NCBI GenBank assembly: GCA_018062205.1
Contig: JAGOSP010000001.1
Coordinates: 34,810-98,809 of the forward strand
DNA from: Candidatus Moraniibacteriota bacterium
Lineage (GTDB): Bacteria > Patescibacteriota > Minisyncoccia > Moranbacterales > UBA1568
Length of the DNA stretch: 64,000 bases
Reading direction: 5' to 3'
The position numbers and the translations under genes are program-made. Under the pieces are notes generated by a model. The model was not told the DNA's origin and ran no database searches. It was given only the letters and a program-made list of their open reading frames with translations. Below, in pieces: positions 49,221-60,800 of the stretch. Positions within the stretch are counted from its first letter, which is position 1; every line of letters begins with the position of its first letter.

Positions 49221-50834
49221 TTAGCGTTTTTTCTTTTTCTTTGGGGGTTCTTGAGGAGGGAGAATCTCACTGGTTATTTCTTCGGGCGTAGCACCTATTT
49301 CTCCAAGAAACGCACTTTCCTCCATGTCCTCACCAATGGTAAGAATGAAATCGGGTTTCGGACTTGGTAAACGATCACTGGAAGCGGAAGACGAATTTGT
49401 TTGATTGAGATTAAAACGAGAGAGGATCGCATTGTAGCTGTAGAGTTTTTGATCCTGAACACGCTCTTCAATGGTACTGTGTTTTGGGGTATCTTCCAAG
49501 TTTGTAGAAATGGAAACTTTTTCAAAACCAAGTTCATCGATGAGGAACTGTTTTAGGGTATTAGCGAGCGTGTTTTGGTCAGGTGAACTTCGGATGAGAA
49601 GGGAAGCGCGTTCGTTGACAATCCGCATTCGTTCTTGCTGGAGACTTTCGATGGAGAAAATTTGGTGTGCAAGTGAATGTATTTCTTTCCAATTTCCAGT
49701 TCGTGGTAAAAGAATAAAAGCATTGCCGTTTGATGTTGGAACATGTGAAACTCGGAGCAGACTCTCTTTTTTCCAGGCATCAATAACAACAGTAGTGATA
49801 TTTTTTGTATCCAGCGTACGAATAAGCAAAAGAAAACTTTCTATTTCATCGGTGGTGATGTCAGTTTTGATACTAGCTCCAAGCGCATCAAGAAAGTGAG
49901 AGAGAGTGAAGATATTAAGAAAAGTGCCGGTAGAGAACACTTTATCTCGTACGGCTTGCATGACTTGCTGCTGGCGTTTTGCTCGACCGAAATCACCCTC
50001 TGGATCGGAATGTCGCTCCCGAACGTATTTAAGGGCCGTGGCCCCATCAAGTTTTTGCCAACCTTTCTTTATCTCAAAGGTTTCATAGCTGTAATTTTTT
50101 CCTGGATAACGAGTATCGAGAATGTCTCGTTGTACATCGACTGAAATACCGCCAAGAGCATCAATTGTTTTTTCAAATCCGTCAAAATCAACGATGATGG
50201 AGTAGTGGATTGGTTCGCCAGAAATTTTTTCTACCGTTTCTCGGAGCAGAGAAATGCCATCCTGAGTATCAAGTCCAATTTGATAAATAGCGTTGATTTT
50301 TGTGTAATTAGTACCTTGACCGATGGGTACATACAAATCGCGTGGAAATGAAAGGAGCGCTACTTGATGGGTTTTCGTATCAATGCTGGCGAGCATTATT
50401 GTGTCAGTAAGATTTTTCCCCGGGTAGTGTTCGCCGGCGCGTCCGAGAAGGAGTATGTTGATACGATTTCTATCTGTCTGTTGTAAGGGGGTGCGTTTTG
50501 AGAAAAGGGCGCGAGCAGCATCTGTTATTTCAAGAAAAAACGAGCTATCGGTTTGACTCTCAAAAGAGAGAGTTTTGCTAATATGCGCAACCTTAGCAAA
50601 GAGAAAGAATGCCCATCCGAGGAATAGTATGCCGATGATAATGCCCGTATGGAGGAATATTCGGCGGTATCGATGATGTCTTATCGGATGATTATCTGAT
50701 TTTTTGTATAAGGAAGGTTCTTTTTTAGGGAGGAAAACTGGTTCTGAGCCAAGATCAAGAGGTTGCCGATTGGGAGTCGAAGATATCTTTTTGCGAAGAG
50801 GAGGGTGTGTCTTTTTTGGCTGGAGGCTGTCCAT
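49221..50834 (-). CDS. LCP-family (LytR-CpsA-Psr) cell-envelope phosphotransferase
   Basis: NILLLGRAGEHYPGKNLTDTIMLASIDTKTHQVALLSFPRDLYV is the LCP core, preceded by a TM helix and a basic N-terminus. Confidence 0.8.
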   Translation of the reverse strand: MDSLQPKKTHPPLRKKISSTPNRQPLDLGSEPVFLPKKEPSLYKKSDNHPIRHHRYRRIFLHTGIIIGILFLGWAFFLFAKVAHISKTLSFESQTDSSFFLEITDAARALFSKRTPLQQTDRNRINILLLGRAGEHYPGKNLTDTIMLASIDTKTHQVALLSFPRDLYVPIGQGTNYTKINAIYQIGLDTQDGISLLRETVEKISGEPIHYSIIVDFDGFEKTIDALGGISVDVQRDILDTRYPGKNYSYETFEIKKGWQKLDGATALKYVRERHSDPEGDFGRAKRQQQVMQAVRDKVFSTGTFLNIFTLSHFLDALGASIKTDITTDEIESFLLLIRTLDTKNITTVVIDAWKKESLLRVSHVPTSNGNAFILLPRTGNWKEIHSLAHQIFSIESLQQERMRIVNERASLLIRSSPDQNTLANTLKQFLIDELGFEKVSISTNLEDTPKHSTIEERVQDQKLYSYNAILSRFNLNQTNSSSASSDRLPSPKPDFILTIGEDMEESAFLGEIGATPEEITSEILPPQEPPKKKKKR

Positions 50835-50951
50835 TTTTGAGTATTTTGGCTTTTTAGAAGGAAGGGATTGCTCTTGTATTTGAGCAAAAAATCTGTTAGA
50901 ATATGAGTGTTTTCTTTCTCTCTTGATGCGAAAGAGGAGAGTGTTTAGTGG

Positions 50952-51608
50952 GTGTCATGCTCTTTGGATACCAACATGTCAACAGAAGTACCGAAAATTG
51001 AAAATGAATTTGAAGAAACCCTGACAACGGGGCAACTTTTTTTTGAATTAGTCAAGGTTATCTTGTTAGCATTTATTATTATTATACCGGTTAGAGCATT
51101 TCTCTTCCAGCCGTTCTTTGTTTCGGGGCAGAGTATGGAACCAAATTTTGATGAAGGACAGTATTTGGTTATCACTGAATTCGGATATAAGACCACGGAT
51201 AGTCTTTTGGGCATTCCTTTTGGTTTTACTGTTCGTCCTTACAAGGATTTGTACCGGGGAGATGTAGCGGTATTTGAAGTTTCAAAGAATCCAGAAACAT
51301 ATTATATTAAACGCGTCATCGGTCTACCGGGAGAATCAATTGAAATAAAACGTGGACGGGTGGTTATTTATAATAATACCAATTCCGAGGGAATGTTTCT
51401 TGATGAGAGCGAATACTTATCTCAGGAGGCCTTGTTGAGTCTTCAGGATATGTCGAGAGTTACTCTTGGAGAAAATGAGTATTTTTTTATGGGAGATAAC
51501 CGAAACCATAGTCATGATTCGCGTTCCATTGGACCAGTGAAGCGAGGACAAGTTACCGGGAGAGTTCTCTTCCGTGCGTGGCCGCTCGATACAGCAAAAA
51601 TTTTTTAA
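50952..51608 (+). CDS. lepB: Signal peptidase I
   Basis: SGQSMEPNF (catalytic Ser box B) and GDNRNHSHDSR (box E) motifs. Confidence 0.9.
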   Translation: MSCSLDTNMSTEVPKIENEFEETLTTGQLFFELVKVILLAFIIIIPVRAFLFQPFFVSGQSMEPNFDEGQYLVITEFGYKTTDSLLGIPFGFTVRPYKDLYRGDVAVFEVSKNPETYYIKRVIGLPGESIEIKRGRVVIYNNTNSEGMFLDESEYLSQEALLSLQDMSRVTLGENEYFFMGDNRNHSHDSRSIGPVKRGQVTGRVLFRAWPLDTAKIF

Positions 51609-51640
51609 GACGTGTTTTTTATTGGGTAGAGAAATAAATT

Positions 51641-53086
51641 TTGAAGAAAGATTTTTCCGAAGGGGATGATTCAATAGAAACTCGTAAATCAGATAAATCA
51701 AGGAATATGGCAAAGACTACAGTGGCGAAATCAACAGGGAAAACAGCGGTAAGCCTGAAAACAACTAAAAAATCAGACAAGCCGCTAAAGGGAGAGGAAG
51801 AGATTCTTCTTCAGGCGCTTCGTGGGATGCGCGATATCTTGCCAGATGAACAGCCTTATTGGGAGCGAGTACGTCGAGTATTGACGCATGCGCAGCAAGA
51901 ATATGGTTTTCAACGTATTGATTTACCCATGGTTGAGTTTTCACATTTGTATCTTCGCACTATCGGAGAGGGCACAGACATTGTAGACAAAGAAATATAT
52001 ACTTTTACAACCCGGGGTGGTGACAAAGTAGCTCTTCGTCCAGAAATGACGGCTGGACTTTGCCGGGCGTATATTCAGCATGGGATGTCTGTTTTGACGA
52101 AGCCGGTAAAGCTGTTTTCTCTTGGATCATTGTTTCGATATGATCGTCCTCAGGAAGGACGCTATCGTGAGCACACACAAGCAAATTTTGATATGTTTGG
52201 TGAAGAAGATCCAATTTTAGATGCTCAGACTCTTCAGCTTGCATACCGGGTAGTTCGCGAGCTTGGTTTAAAGCATATTGAATTTCAGGTAAACAGTATC
52301 GGTACACCAGAGTCGCGAAAGGATTATGAAAAAGCATTATTGCGTTATCTTGAATCACAAAAGCATCGGCTTTGTCAGAATTGTCGAGAACGTTTTGAAA
52401 ATAGTCCTATGCGTATTCTTGATTGTAAAGAAGACAAATGTATCCAGTTGACGGCGCATGCTCCGCAATCAGTGGACTATCTTGACCAGGAATCACGAGA
52501 TCATTTTAAGCGATTGCTTGAGTATTTAGATGAATTAGAATTGCCGTATGTGATTAATTCTCGATTAGTACGAGGGCTTGATTATTATACCCGAACTGTT
52601 TTTGAGATTTGGTCGAGTGATCAGGAAGGAAAAAAGTATTCACTTGGTGGAGGAGGAAGATACGATCGTCTCGTACAAATGTTGGGCGGCGAATCGACTC
52701 CAGCCATTGGATTCGGTCTTGGCATTGATCGTGTTGTACTTGAGATGAAACGGACTCAGGTAAAACCCTATGAGATGCCAAAGCCAAAAGTGTTTCTTGC
52801 GCAACTCGGTGATTTGGCAAAAAAGAAGAGTTTGCGTATTTTTGCTGACCTCGAAAAAAATGGGGTATTGCTTGCGGAGAGTTTTGGACGAGGAAGTTTG
52901 AAATCGCAGATGCGCGTCGCAAATCGTATTGGGGCTGAGGTGACTGTGATCATTGGTCAGAAAGAGGCGCTGGATGAGACAGCTATCGTAAAGGATATGA
53001 TTTCTGGTACTCAAGAAACAGTGACACAAGAGCGTCTTGTAGATGCAGTGAAGAAAATTCTCAAGGCAAATCAAGCACTGATCTAG
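51641..53086 (+). CDS. hisS: Histidine--tRNA ligase (with an N-terminal Lys-rich extension; start uncertain)
   Basis: LRGMRDILP motif 1 region, class II aaRS motifs, C-terminal anticodon-binding domain. A possible alternative start lies at 51707. Confidence 0.88.
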   Translation: MKKDFSEGDDSIETRKSDKSRNMAKTTVAKSTGKTAVSLKTTKKSDKPLKGEEEILLQALRGMRDILPDEQPYWERVRRVLTHAQQEYGFQRIDLPMVEFSHLYLRTIGEGTDIVDKEIYTFTTRGGDKVALRPEMTAGLCRAYIQHGMSVLTKPVKLFSLGSLFRYDRPQEGRYREHTQANFDMFGEEDPILDAQTLQLAYRVVRELGLKHIEFQVNSIGTPESRKDYEKALLRYLESQKHRLCQNCRERFENSPMRILDCKEDKCIQLTAHAPQSVDYLDQESRDHFKRLLEYLDELELPYVINSRLVRGLDYYTRTVFEIWSSDQEGKKYSLGGGGRYDRLVQMLGGESTPAIGFGLGIDRVVLEMKRTQVKPYEMPKPKVFLAQLGDLAKKKSLRIFADLEKNGVLLAESFGRGSLKSQMRVANRIGAEVTVIIGQKEALDETAIVKDMISGTQETVTQERLVDAVKKILKANQALI

Positions 53087-53088
53087 GA

Positions 53089-53463
53089 TTGAAAATGAAT
53101 TTGAAGTTTATGGAAACTATTTTTTCAAAAATTATTCGGAAGGAAATTCCTAAGGATATTCTTTATGAAGACGAGATGGTTATCGTCTTTGAAGATATAC
53201 ATCCAATAGCGCCGGTACATGTTTTGGTTATTCCAAAGAAGCCAATTGAGAGTATTGCTACTATGGAAGATGAAGATGCTCTCATAATTGGGCACATGTT
53301 CTTGGTAGCCCGTAATATGGCAAAAAACTTGAAAATTTCTGATAAAGGGTATAAGCTGCTTATCCGGGTTGGTCATGATGGTGGGCAGGAAATTCCTCAT
53401 CTGCATCTCCACGTGGTGGGTGGAGCGCGTTTATCTGAAAATATTCATCCGATAACGAAGTAA
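53089..53463 (+). CDS. HIT-family (histidine triad) nucleotide-binding protein
   Basis: HLHLHVVGG histidine triad, 124 aa. Confidence 0.88.
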   Translation: MKMNLKFMETIFSKIIRKEIPKDILYEDEMVIVFEDIHPIAPVHVLVIPKKPIESIATMEDEDALIIGHMFLVARNMAKNLKISDKGYKLLIRVGHDGGQEIPHLHLHVVGGARLSENIHPITK

Positions 53464-53582
53464 AAGCTTTTTTAGCTATCAAAGTGCACCTGTTGTATCG
53501 TGAAAAAGGGAGTATTCGTGAGACAACAAGTGCACCTGGATTCATTTCAAGGTTGTTCTCTAGAGAAAGGAGGTTGGGAAAT

Positions 53583-53837
53583 ATGATACAAGTAAAACGA
53601 AAAGAACGCGAAACTGCCGAAGGTCTTATCCGGCGTTTTTCTCGCCGTGTCCAACAAAGCGGCGTTCTTCGTCGAGTCCGAAAGCTCCGTTTTCGTCAAG
53701 GAGAAAAGAGTAAAGATGAACGACGAAATGAAGCGCTCTATAAAGTGAAAATACGCAAAGAGATAGATCGTCTGAAAAAAATGGGTAAATTTGACGAGAA
53801 TGCGCTTCAAGAAATTAAGAAGCGACTGAACTCTTAG
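53583..53837 (+). CDS. rpsU: 30S ribosomal protein S21
   Basis: AAGGAGGT Shine-Dalgarno 7 nt upstream. MIQVKRKERETAEGLIRRFSRRVQQSGVLRRVRKLRFRQGEKSKDERRNEA fits the S21 pattern. Confidence 0.88.
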   Translation: MIQVKRKERETAEGLIRRFSRRVQQSGVLRRVRKLRFRQGEKSKDERRNEALYKVKIRKEIDRLKKMGKFDENALQEIKKRLNS

Positions 53838-53859
53838 TGCAGGTGAGTAAGATGATACA

Positions 53860-53905
53860 GAGAATTGTCCGAGGCGTGGTCATTGGGCCAGAAGGCCTCG
53901 GACTT
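53860..53905 (+). terminator. Intrinsic terminator (GTCCGAGGC...GCCTCGGAC followed by TTTTTT)
   Basis: 9-bp stem and a T-run immediately after rpsU. Confidence 0.65.
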
Positions 53906-53975
53906 TTTTCTTTCAGAGAGGATGAAGGGTTTTCGGATATTTTTTGAGGATAACTTGCTATAACACAAATGATGT

Positions 53976-54431
53976 ATGGGATTAACAACTGTGTTTCAAG
54001 ATGAGATCAAAATAGCTATGAAGAATGGGGATACGGAGCGGCGAGATGCAATCCGTTTTTTACAGAGCGCTCTCAAAAATACGGCTATTGATCTTCGGAA
54101 GCCAGTGACTGATATGTCTGATGAAGAAGTGCAATCAGTAATGAAAAAGTTAGTGAAACAACGGAAGGAAAGCATTCTTCAGTATCGTGCTGGATTTCGT
54201 GAAGACTTGGTAAAACGAGAAGAAAGAGAATTACAAATTCTTTCTGAATTTTTGCCAGCGGAAATGGAAGAAGAAGAGGTACGAAAAATAGTGAGCGAAT
54301 CGCTGAAAAAATGCGGGGCGGTGTCCCGTAAAGATCTTGGAAAAGCAATGGGATTTGTTATGAAAGAAATAGCAGGGCGGGCATCAGGAGATGTGGTGAG
54401 GCGTATGGTGACGGAGCTTTTGCCGGAATAG
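53976..54431 (+). CDS. GatB/YqeY domain-containing protein
   Basis: 151 aa with the conserved YqeY C-terminal helical domain. Typical rpsU-yqeY linkage. Confidence 0.8.
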   Translation: MGLTTVFQDEIKIAMKNGDTERRDAIRFLQSALKNTAIDLRKPVTDMSDEEVQSVMKKLVKQRKESILQYRAGFREDLVKREERELQILSEFLPAEMEEEEVRKIVSESLKKCGAVSRKDLGKAMGFVMKEIAGRASGDVVRRMVTELLPE

Positions 54432-54592
54432 AGAATCAGATAGCATTGCTTCTTGATTGGGGAGAAAAGAAAATGATGCTACTCTACAGAGAGATTGAAA
54501 GATGAGCTGATTCGAATTTTTCTTGTAAATGGATTTTGAAGTATCGGTAATTTTTCGAAAAAAAGAGGGGGGCTGCCTCTTAAAAAATATCT

Positions 54593-54949
54593 ATGAAGGT
54601 ACGTATTTTGTTCAAAAGTATTCGACATGCTGTAAGTGGTATTGTTTTCGCTTTAGCACGAGAACGAAATTTTCAAATTGAATGCGGTGTCGCGATGGTC
54701 GTTATTATTTTTGCTTTTTGGTTTCCCTTGCTTCCTTTTGAATGGGCGCTCCTAGTACTCGTTATCGGTTGGATATTAACATTAGAGCTTATTAACACGA
54801 TTTTTGAGCGTATTCTTGATATTGTGAAACCGAATGTTCATCCATATGTTCGTGTTGTGAAGGATATGGCCGCAGGAGCAGTGTTGATCGCAGCATTTGT
54901 TGCAATTTTAGTGGGAATTTTTATTTTCCTCCCACATCTTATCGGATGA
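54593..54949 (+). CDS. dgkA: Diacylglycerol kinase / undecaprenol kinase (DgkA family)
   Basis: 118 aa, 3 TM helices, ELINTIFE motif (ELxNTAIE in DgkA). Confidence 0.85.
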   Translation: MKVRILFKSIRHAVSGIVFALARERNFQIECGVAMVVIIFAFWFPLLPFEWALLVLVIGWILTLELINTIFERILDIVKPNVHPYVRVVKDMAAGAVLIAAFVAILVGIFIFLPHLIG

Positions 54950-55061
54950 AATTATGAAAGTAAGGGGATATGGGTTATAATTTTAATGCTGCCAATGGCG
55001 GTGGATTTTTTCTGATTTTTCCAAAAATTTTTTCAAATACAAAATAGAAAACGAGATTATT

Positions 55062-56324
55062 ATGTCGAAAAATCGTCTTCTTGTTGGTCTGGATATCGGG
55101 TCGGCAAATATCCGAGTAGTTATTGCCGAAGAAGCATCGGAAGATGCTTTGTTGCGTGTGATTGGAGTTGGTGAAACACAATCAATGGGCGTTCGTCGTG
55201 GAGCGGTGGTTGACACTGAGGCGGTAGCGAAGGCTTGTCATATTGCGCTTGAGCACGCTGAGCGTATGTCTGGACATGCGTCTGAGCGGGTTTCCATTTC
55301 TCTCTCGGGTGCGGATATCCTTTGTCAAGAAGCGAACGGCGTTGTGGCAGTGAGTCGTCCTGATGGAGAGGTTGGGGAGGATGATGTTGCGCGTTGTTTG
55401 AATGAGGTTGAGGCTCGTTTATCTCTTCCTCTGAATCGTGAAGTGATACACGCTCTTCCGAAAAGTTATCGATTAGATGATCAAAAGGATATCAAGGACC
55501 CTGTTGGTATGAGAGGCGTTCGTCTTGAGGCAACAGCATTAGTGGTGACCGGGAGCACTGCCCAGCAGAAGAATATTGGGCGAGCCCTTGAGCAGGCGGG
55601 TACCCAGGTAGATTCATTGATTGTCGAGCCTCTGGCTGCCTCAGAAGCAGTATTACATCAGAAACAGAAGGAGTTGGGAGTTGTTCTGATAAATATTGGC
55701 GGAAGTACAACATCGATAGCGGTATATGAGGATGGGAATTTGTTGCATTTAGCGGTTCTTCCTGTAGGAAGTGGCCATATTACGAATGATATTGCTATTG
55801 GTTTGCGAACCTCCATTGATGTAGCAGAGGCTGTTAAACTTCAGTATGGCACCGCCGATCCTCGTGAAGTTGGAAAGCGGGAGGAAATTGATCTTGGTTT
55901 ATTTGATGCGCATGAGGAGGGGTTGGTTTCTCGTTATCATATAGCCGAAATCATTGAGGCTCGTATGGAAGAAATATTCACTTTTACGAACACCGAATTG
56001 AAATCTATTAATCGTGACGGACTTCTTCCGGGTGGGGCGGTGTTAACAGGCGGAGGAGCTCTTTTGCCAGGAACTGTTGATCTGGCGAAGAGAATACTTC
56101 GACTTCCAGCGCAGATTGGGCATCCAAAGCCTTTGGGGGGGATATTGGATCAGGTTGATACTCCACAATTCGCGACCGTTGTCGGGCTGGTGCTTTTGGC
56201 AGAAGAGAGTATACTAGGGAAGACAGGTCGGTTACGAGGATGGAAATCCGAACGATTAGTACCTGAATGGATGAGTCAAACCTTCGCAAGTACGCAGAAA
56301 TTTGCGAAACGCTTTCTTCCATAG
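55062..56324 (+). CDS. ftsA: Cell division protein FtsA
   Basis: Actin-fold N-terminus LVGLDIGSANIRVVIAE, 420 aa, immediately upstream of ftsZ. Confidence 0.92.
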   Translation: MSKNRLLVGLDIGSANIRVVIAEEASEDALLRVIGVGETQSMGVRRGAVVDTEAVAKACHIALEHAERMSGHASERVSISLSGADILCQEANGVVAVSRPDGEVGEDDVARCLNEVEARLSLPLNREVIHALPKSYRLDDQKDIKDPVGMRGVRLEATALVVTGSTAQQKNIGRALEQAGTQVDSLIVEPLAASEAVLHQKQKELGVVLINIGGSTTSIAVYEDGNLLHLAVLPVGSGHITNDIAIGLRTSIDVAEAVKLQYGTADPREVGKREEIDLGLFDAHEEGLVSRYHIAEIIEARMEEIFTFTNTELKSINRDGLLPGGAVLTGGGALLPGTVDLAKRILRLPAQIGHPKPLGGILDQVDTPQFATVVGLVLLAEESILGKTGRLRGWKSERLVPEWMSQTFASTQKFAKRFLP

Positions 56325-56509
56325 GAAGGAGAGAGCACACAAATTTACGGTATTTCCATAAAAAATCAAAAAACGAAAATAAAAACGTTCCTTGAGTGGA
56401 GAGTGCATTACTTGATGCTTTTTTCTATCGTATGATAGAGTAAAGTCTCTGGTGAGCATCCTTTGCCGGGGCGTTTTTTTGTGGAGTGACGTAAAATAAT
56501 ACTTTTTTC

Positions 56510-57781
56510 TTGAGCAAGAGAATTATGGCAGAGATCAAGCCCGATTTAGAGACTTTCGCAAAAATAAAGGTAGTGGGTGTGGGTGGTTCTGGCGGAAACG
56601 CAATCACACGCATGATAGACGCTAAAATTCGTGGCGTAGAGTTCGTGGCGATCAATACTGATGCTCAGGCCCTGCATCATTCAAAAGCACAAGAAAAAAT
56701 CCATATTGGGAAAAACCTTACGAAGGGGTTGGGTGCCGGTATGAATCCTGAGATTGGTCGGCAGGCGGCAGAGGAAAACAGGGATGAAATTCAAGAGGTA
56801 TTGAAGGGAGCGGATATGGTTTTTGTTACTTGTGGATTGGGCGGTGGAACTGGATCTGGCGCAGCGCCCATTGTTGCTGAGACAGCCAAAGAATTAGGCG
56901 CATTGACTGTTGGTGTTGTGACGCGGCCATTTTCCTTTGAAGGTTCACAGAGACGCTCTATTGCAGATGAAGCGCTCGCCAATCTTCGGGAACGCGTAGA
57001 CACCATTATTACCATTCCAAATGATAAACTTTTGTCGATTATTGATAGAAAGATGACGCTGATTAATGCATTTCGTATTGTGGATGATGTATTGCGTCAG
57101 GGAGTCCAAGGAATATCGGATTTGATTACCAAGAAAGGTGAAGTTAATGTTGACTTCGCGGATGTACGCGCAGTCATGCAGGATAGCGGGAGTGCTTTGA
57201 TGGGTATTGGTATTGCTTCTGGAGAAAATCGTGCCGTAGAAGCAGCGAAGGCAGCTATTAATAGTCCACTTCTCGAGCTATCAATTGATGGAGCAAAGGG
57301 CGTGTTGTTTAATATTTCTGGATCAAATGATCTCACTATGCTGGAGGTGAATGAGGCCGCCAACGTGATTACCGAAAATATTGATCCAAATGCGAAGGTC
57401 ATTTTTGGTACGGTTGTTGATGATCAGGTGCGCAAGGGCGAAATACAGGTGACGGTAGTGGCAACCGGTTTTGATGATGGTTCAAGTCAAGAGTCCCCGG
57501 TTGGGCTCGTGAATGTTGTGCGTCAGCCAGTGATTAATAGACCACCCAATCGATCTCTTCCAATGAGAAGTGTTGAAACAGAGGAAATAAAAGAAGAAGT
57601 GATGGATGATGATCTTGAATCAGAATTTGTATTCACCACTCGGCACATGGAGCCATCCCCGATGATTATTGAGGAAAAAATACAGCCAAGACCAGCGGTG
57701 CAACGGCATGAAGCCAAGGAGTTGGCCGAAGAAGATGACTTGGAAATCCCTGCTTTTATTCGGAGAAAGATGAAGAAATAG
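56510..57781 (+). CDS. ftsZ: Cell division protein FtsZ
   Basis: [10 protein letters not shown] tubulin signature, [10 protein letters not shown], and a C-terminal conserved peptide IPAFIRRK. Confidence 0.95.
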   Translation: MSKRIMAEIKPDLETFAKIKVVGVGGSGGNAITRMIDAKIRGVEFVAINTDAQALHHSKAQEKIHIGKNLTKGLGAGMNPEIGRQAAEENRDEIQEVLKGADMVFVTCGLGGGTGSGAAPIVAETAKELGALTVGVVTRPFSFEGSQRRSIADEALANLRERVDTIITIPNDKLLSIIDRKMTLINAFRIVDDVLRQGVQGISDLITKKGEVNVDFADVRAVMQDSGSALMGIGIASGENRAVEAAKAAINSPLLELSIDGAKGVLFNISGSNDLTMLEVNEAANVITENIDPNAKVIFGTVVDDQVRKGEIQVTVVATGFDDGSSQESPVGLVNVVRQPVINRPPNRSLPMRSVETEEIKEEVMDDDLESEFVFTTRHMEPSPMIIEEKIQPRPAVQRHEAKELAEEDDLEIPAFIRRKMKK

Positions 57782-57791
57782 GAGTGAAAAA

Positions 57792-57826
57792 AAGTGCCCC
57801 ATATAGAAGGGGCACTTTTTTATTAT
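57792..57826 (+). terminator. Intrinsic terminator (GTGCCCC...GGGGCAC followed by a T-run)
   Basis: 7-bp stem followed by ttttttattatttttt, after ftsZ. Confidence 0.7.
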
Positions 57827-57888
57827 TTTTTATGTTATAATTTCTCATGCAAAATAGAAGAAATAAAAAAGAAATAAAATAATTATAT

Positions 57889-60800
57889 ATGAGAGTCTCA
57901 TTCTTTGTTCTCGTCGGTTTGTTTTTTGTTTCCTCTTCCAGTTTGGCATCAGAAGTTCCGGCGAACCTTAAGGCTCTTCTCCAGAAAGATCCGCAGACTC
58001 TTACCGAAGAAGAGAGAATACAGGCTGAGATGCTTCGCCCTATTGTCATTCCGGCAGAACCCGATATTCAGGTGGACACTCCCGGAGCGATTAACTGCTT
58101 TGATCGTTATAAGTTTGGTTCTGTCCAAGTTGATCTTTCCCCATCTCTTGAACAAACGGTGCCAGGAGCAAGTATGACTTTTTCTGGGACTATTAAAAAT
58201 GTAAACCCATATCCAATTGTGAATGGGAATGTGTATGTCAAAATTTTCCGACGAGATGAAATAAGTGATGATCTTGCTCACCAGAATGGTTATCCGCTTG
58301 TCGATCAGTTTTCTTTGCCAGATACCTATGATCTTGGATCAAATGGAGAAAAACCAATTTCATTTTCTTGGAAAGTCCCAGTTAATGCAAAAGGAGGCGA
58401 ATACTACGCTGCCTTTTTCTTTCAATCAGCTTATCGTTACAATCTTCTTGGGCTTTCATTCACAGATGATATAACAGGAAATCAGGCGCAATTTTTAGTG
58501 ACAAATCCAAATGAATCACAGTTAGTCGCTTTTGAAAGAAATACTACCACCTTAAATGGTAACGAATATCAGTTTGCAAGTTTTCCACCACACTTCAAAC
58601 AAAATGAAGTGGTCACTGCGAGGATGGAAATCAAGAATCCGAAAGATGAAAATGTGACAGTTGCTTTAATTTTTAAGCACTATGCTTGGGATGCGTTACG
58701 CCCGGAAGCTCTATTCGATACAAAAACCGAACTCGTTGAAGTCAAAGCACATGAAACAAAAACCGTTGAGTATGTTGTTAACCCAGTTAATGTATCGGTT
58801 TCTTACATTGTAGCTGAAATAAGAGATGGGCAATCCTCATCTTTTCTTGATATTCGTTTTGTTCGGGACGGTATTGATGAAACGCGCATCAATTTTCCGA
58901 GTATAGAAACATATCCACTCCAGGCTGGACAAGAAGCTAGTCTCTTCTCGTGCGTGCAGAGTACGAATCAGCCAGTAGTCAGAGATAATATTTTAACACT
59001 AACTCTTCGTGATGAAGATGGAAACATTATTCATACGTATTCTTATCAAGGGGATGTCACTGGGAAAATGATGGCTGTTGCCGATAGTTTTGTTCCCAAA
59101 AAAACACACACACGCTTTACCTTGACGGCAACGCTGGAGCGGAATGGGCAAGTGTTTGAAAGTGTGACGCAAGAATATGATTGTGACCGGATCGATCCGA
59201 ATCTTTGCCCGAAATCAGAAGGTGATATGTTTAGTGCTATGGAAGAGGACTCTTCTTTGACTACCGGACTTGCAATTATTGCGTCAACAGTTGTACTTGG
59301 TTTGGTGTTCGTGGGTGTGTATCGATGGAAGAGAAGGCGTGGCGCGCTGATGACTTTTTTGAGTATAATTTTCCTTGGAGGGATTCTTTGTGGAGGAACC
59401 GCTGAAGCAAAAAGTGTTGCCGTATCAATCGGTGCTTCTGGTGGAGGGTACAATGATGGCGCGCACTTTTCTGCGAATGTTATCTATAGTGCTGTGGTTA
59501 AGGGTAAGGGTGGTATGCAACTATACGATGGAGATAGTGTTCCAGTTGGTCAAAATGTCTATTTTCGACCCGGAAAAAAGTTTGAATTTACTGACCTCAG
59601 CTATTTTATTCCTACACCACCAATGGATTCACCCTACGGATGGTGGATTGAGGATCTCTGGGAAAAGGGTATTGATCCGGATTGGGCATATGGTGTTCAG
59701 TTGCATAAGCCTACCATTACCATTTCCCAAATCGGGACAGCTGGTCTCTCATGTTGGAATGATGGGTATGATTGTACAATCACTTCCCCCGGAACAATTA
59801 AACCTCAAATGACTTTTTCGGCTATAAATGGGCGTGCAAGATTTTCGAGAGCAAATCCGCATGGCGGAGATATACTAGTGGAATATCCTCTTGCTATTTC
59901 GGCACAAAAGATCTCCTTTAGTCTTCATGCGTATCAACCTAATAAGCCTCCAAAAGCGCCAACCTTGAGTGGTCCTGCTTCTGGCAACCAAAATGCTCTT
60001 CTTACTTTTTCTGCTAAAGCCACTGACCCGGATGGTGACAATGTCCGCTATCTCTTTGATTGGAATCGTGACGGGCTATGGGATAATTGGAGTGGGGGTG
60101 GAGCATACGTAGCATCTGGTACCTCGCAAAGTCTTCCATACACTTGGTCAATTCCTGGCACGTATACTTTTCAGGCAAAAACCCAAGATTCAAAGGGAAG
60201 TCTGTCTGGCTGGACATCAAAAACCGTCACCATTAACGCTTTCACTGACGGTGCTTGTGGAGTCGCTTCAACGAATGTAAGTGGCATCGAGCTTTCGTCT
60301 GCCCCGACAAGTGGTTTCTGTAATGCTGGTAATGCGACTGTCGTTTCTGGTACCGGTCCTTGGACTTGGAGTTGTAATGGCATCGGAACAGGGGCAACAA
60401 ATGCTTCCTGTCAGGCCGATCTCTTTGTTCCTGCCCCAGTCGTGAATCTTACTATCAGTCCAGCGAGTGTTGATCTTGGAGGTTCTGCTGCTTTGACATG
60501 GAGTGTTTTGAATCCAGCTGATACCTGTACTGCCTCCTCGGTTATTTCAACAAGCTGGAACGGAGTGCGGCCAACCTCTGGTTCGGAAGTCGTTGTGCCA
60601 ACTGCTTCGGGTCAATACACGCTCACCTGTACTAATACCGCTAAAGGGAAATCCGGGACGAAGACTGTTGGAATTACTCTGAATAATAAATTGAAAATCT
60701 GTGAGAATAGTTGCGATAGCGCTCTAGATCGTACCGGACAGACTTTCACGGTGAATCACGGTGCGGACCGTCATTTGAAAGCATGTTTTAACCCTTACCC

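Noticed and set aside
59341-59400. Second signal-peptide-like segment (MTFLSIIFLGGILCGGTAEA) as the start of an independent gene inside the large surface-protein ORF
   Set aside because: It is in the same frame with no intervening stop codon, so I kept it as one ORF with an internal TM hairpin. The possibility of a missed stop or frameshift is flagged in the findings instead.
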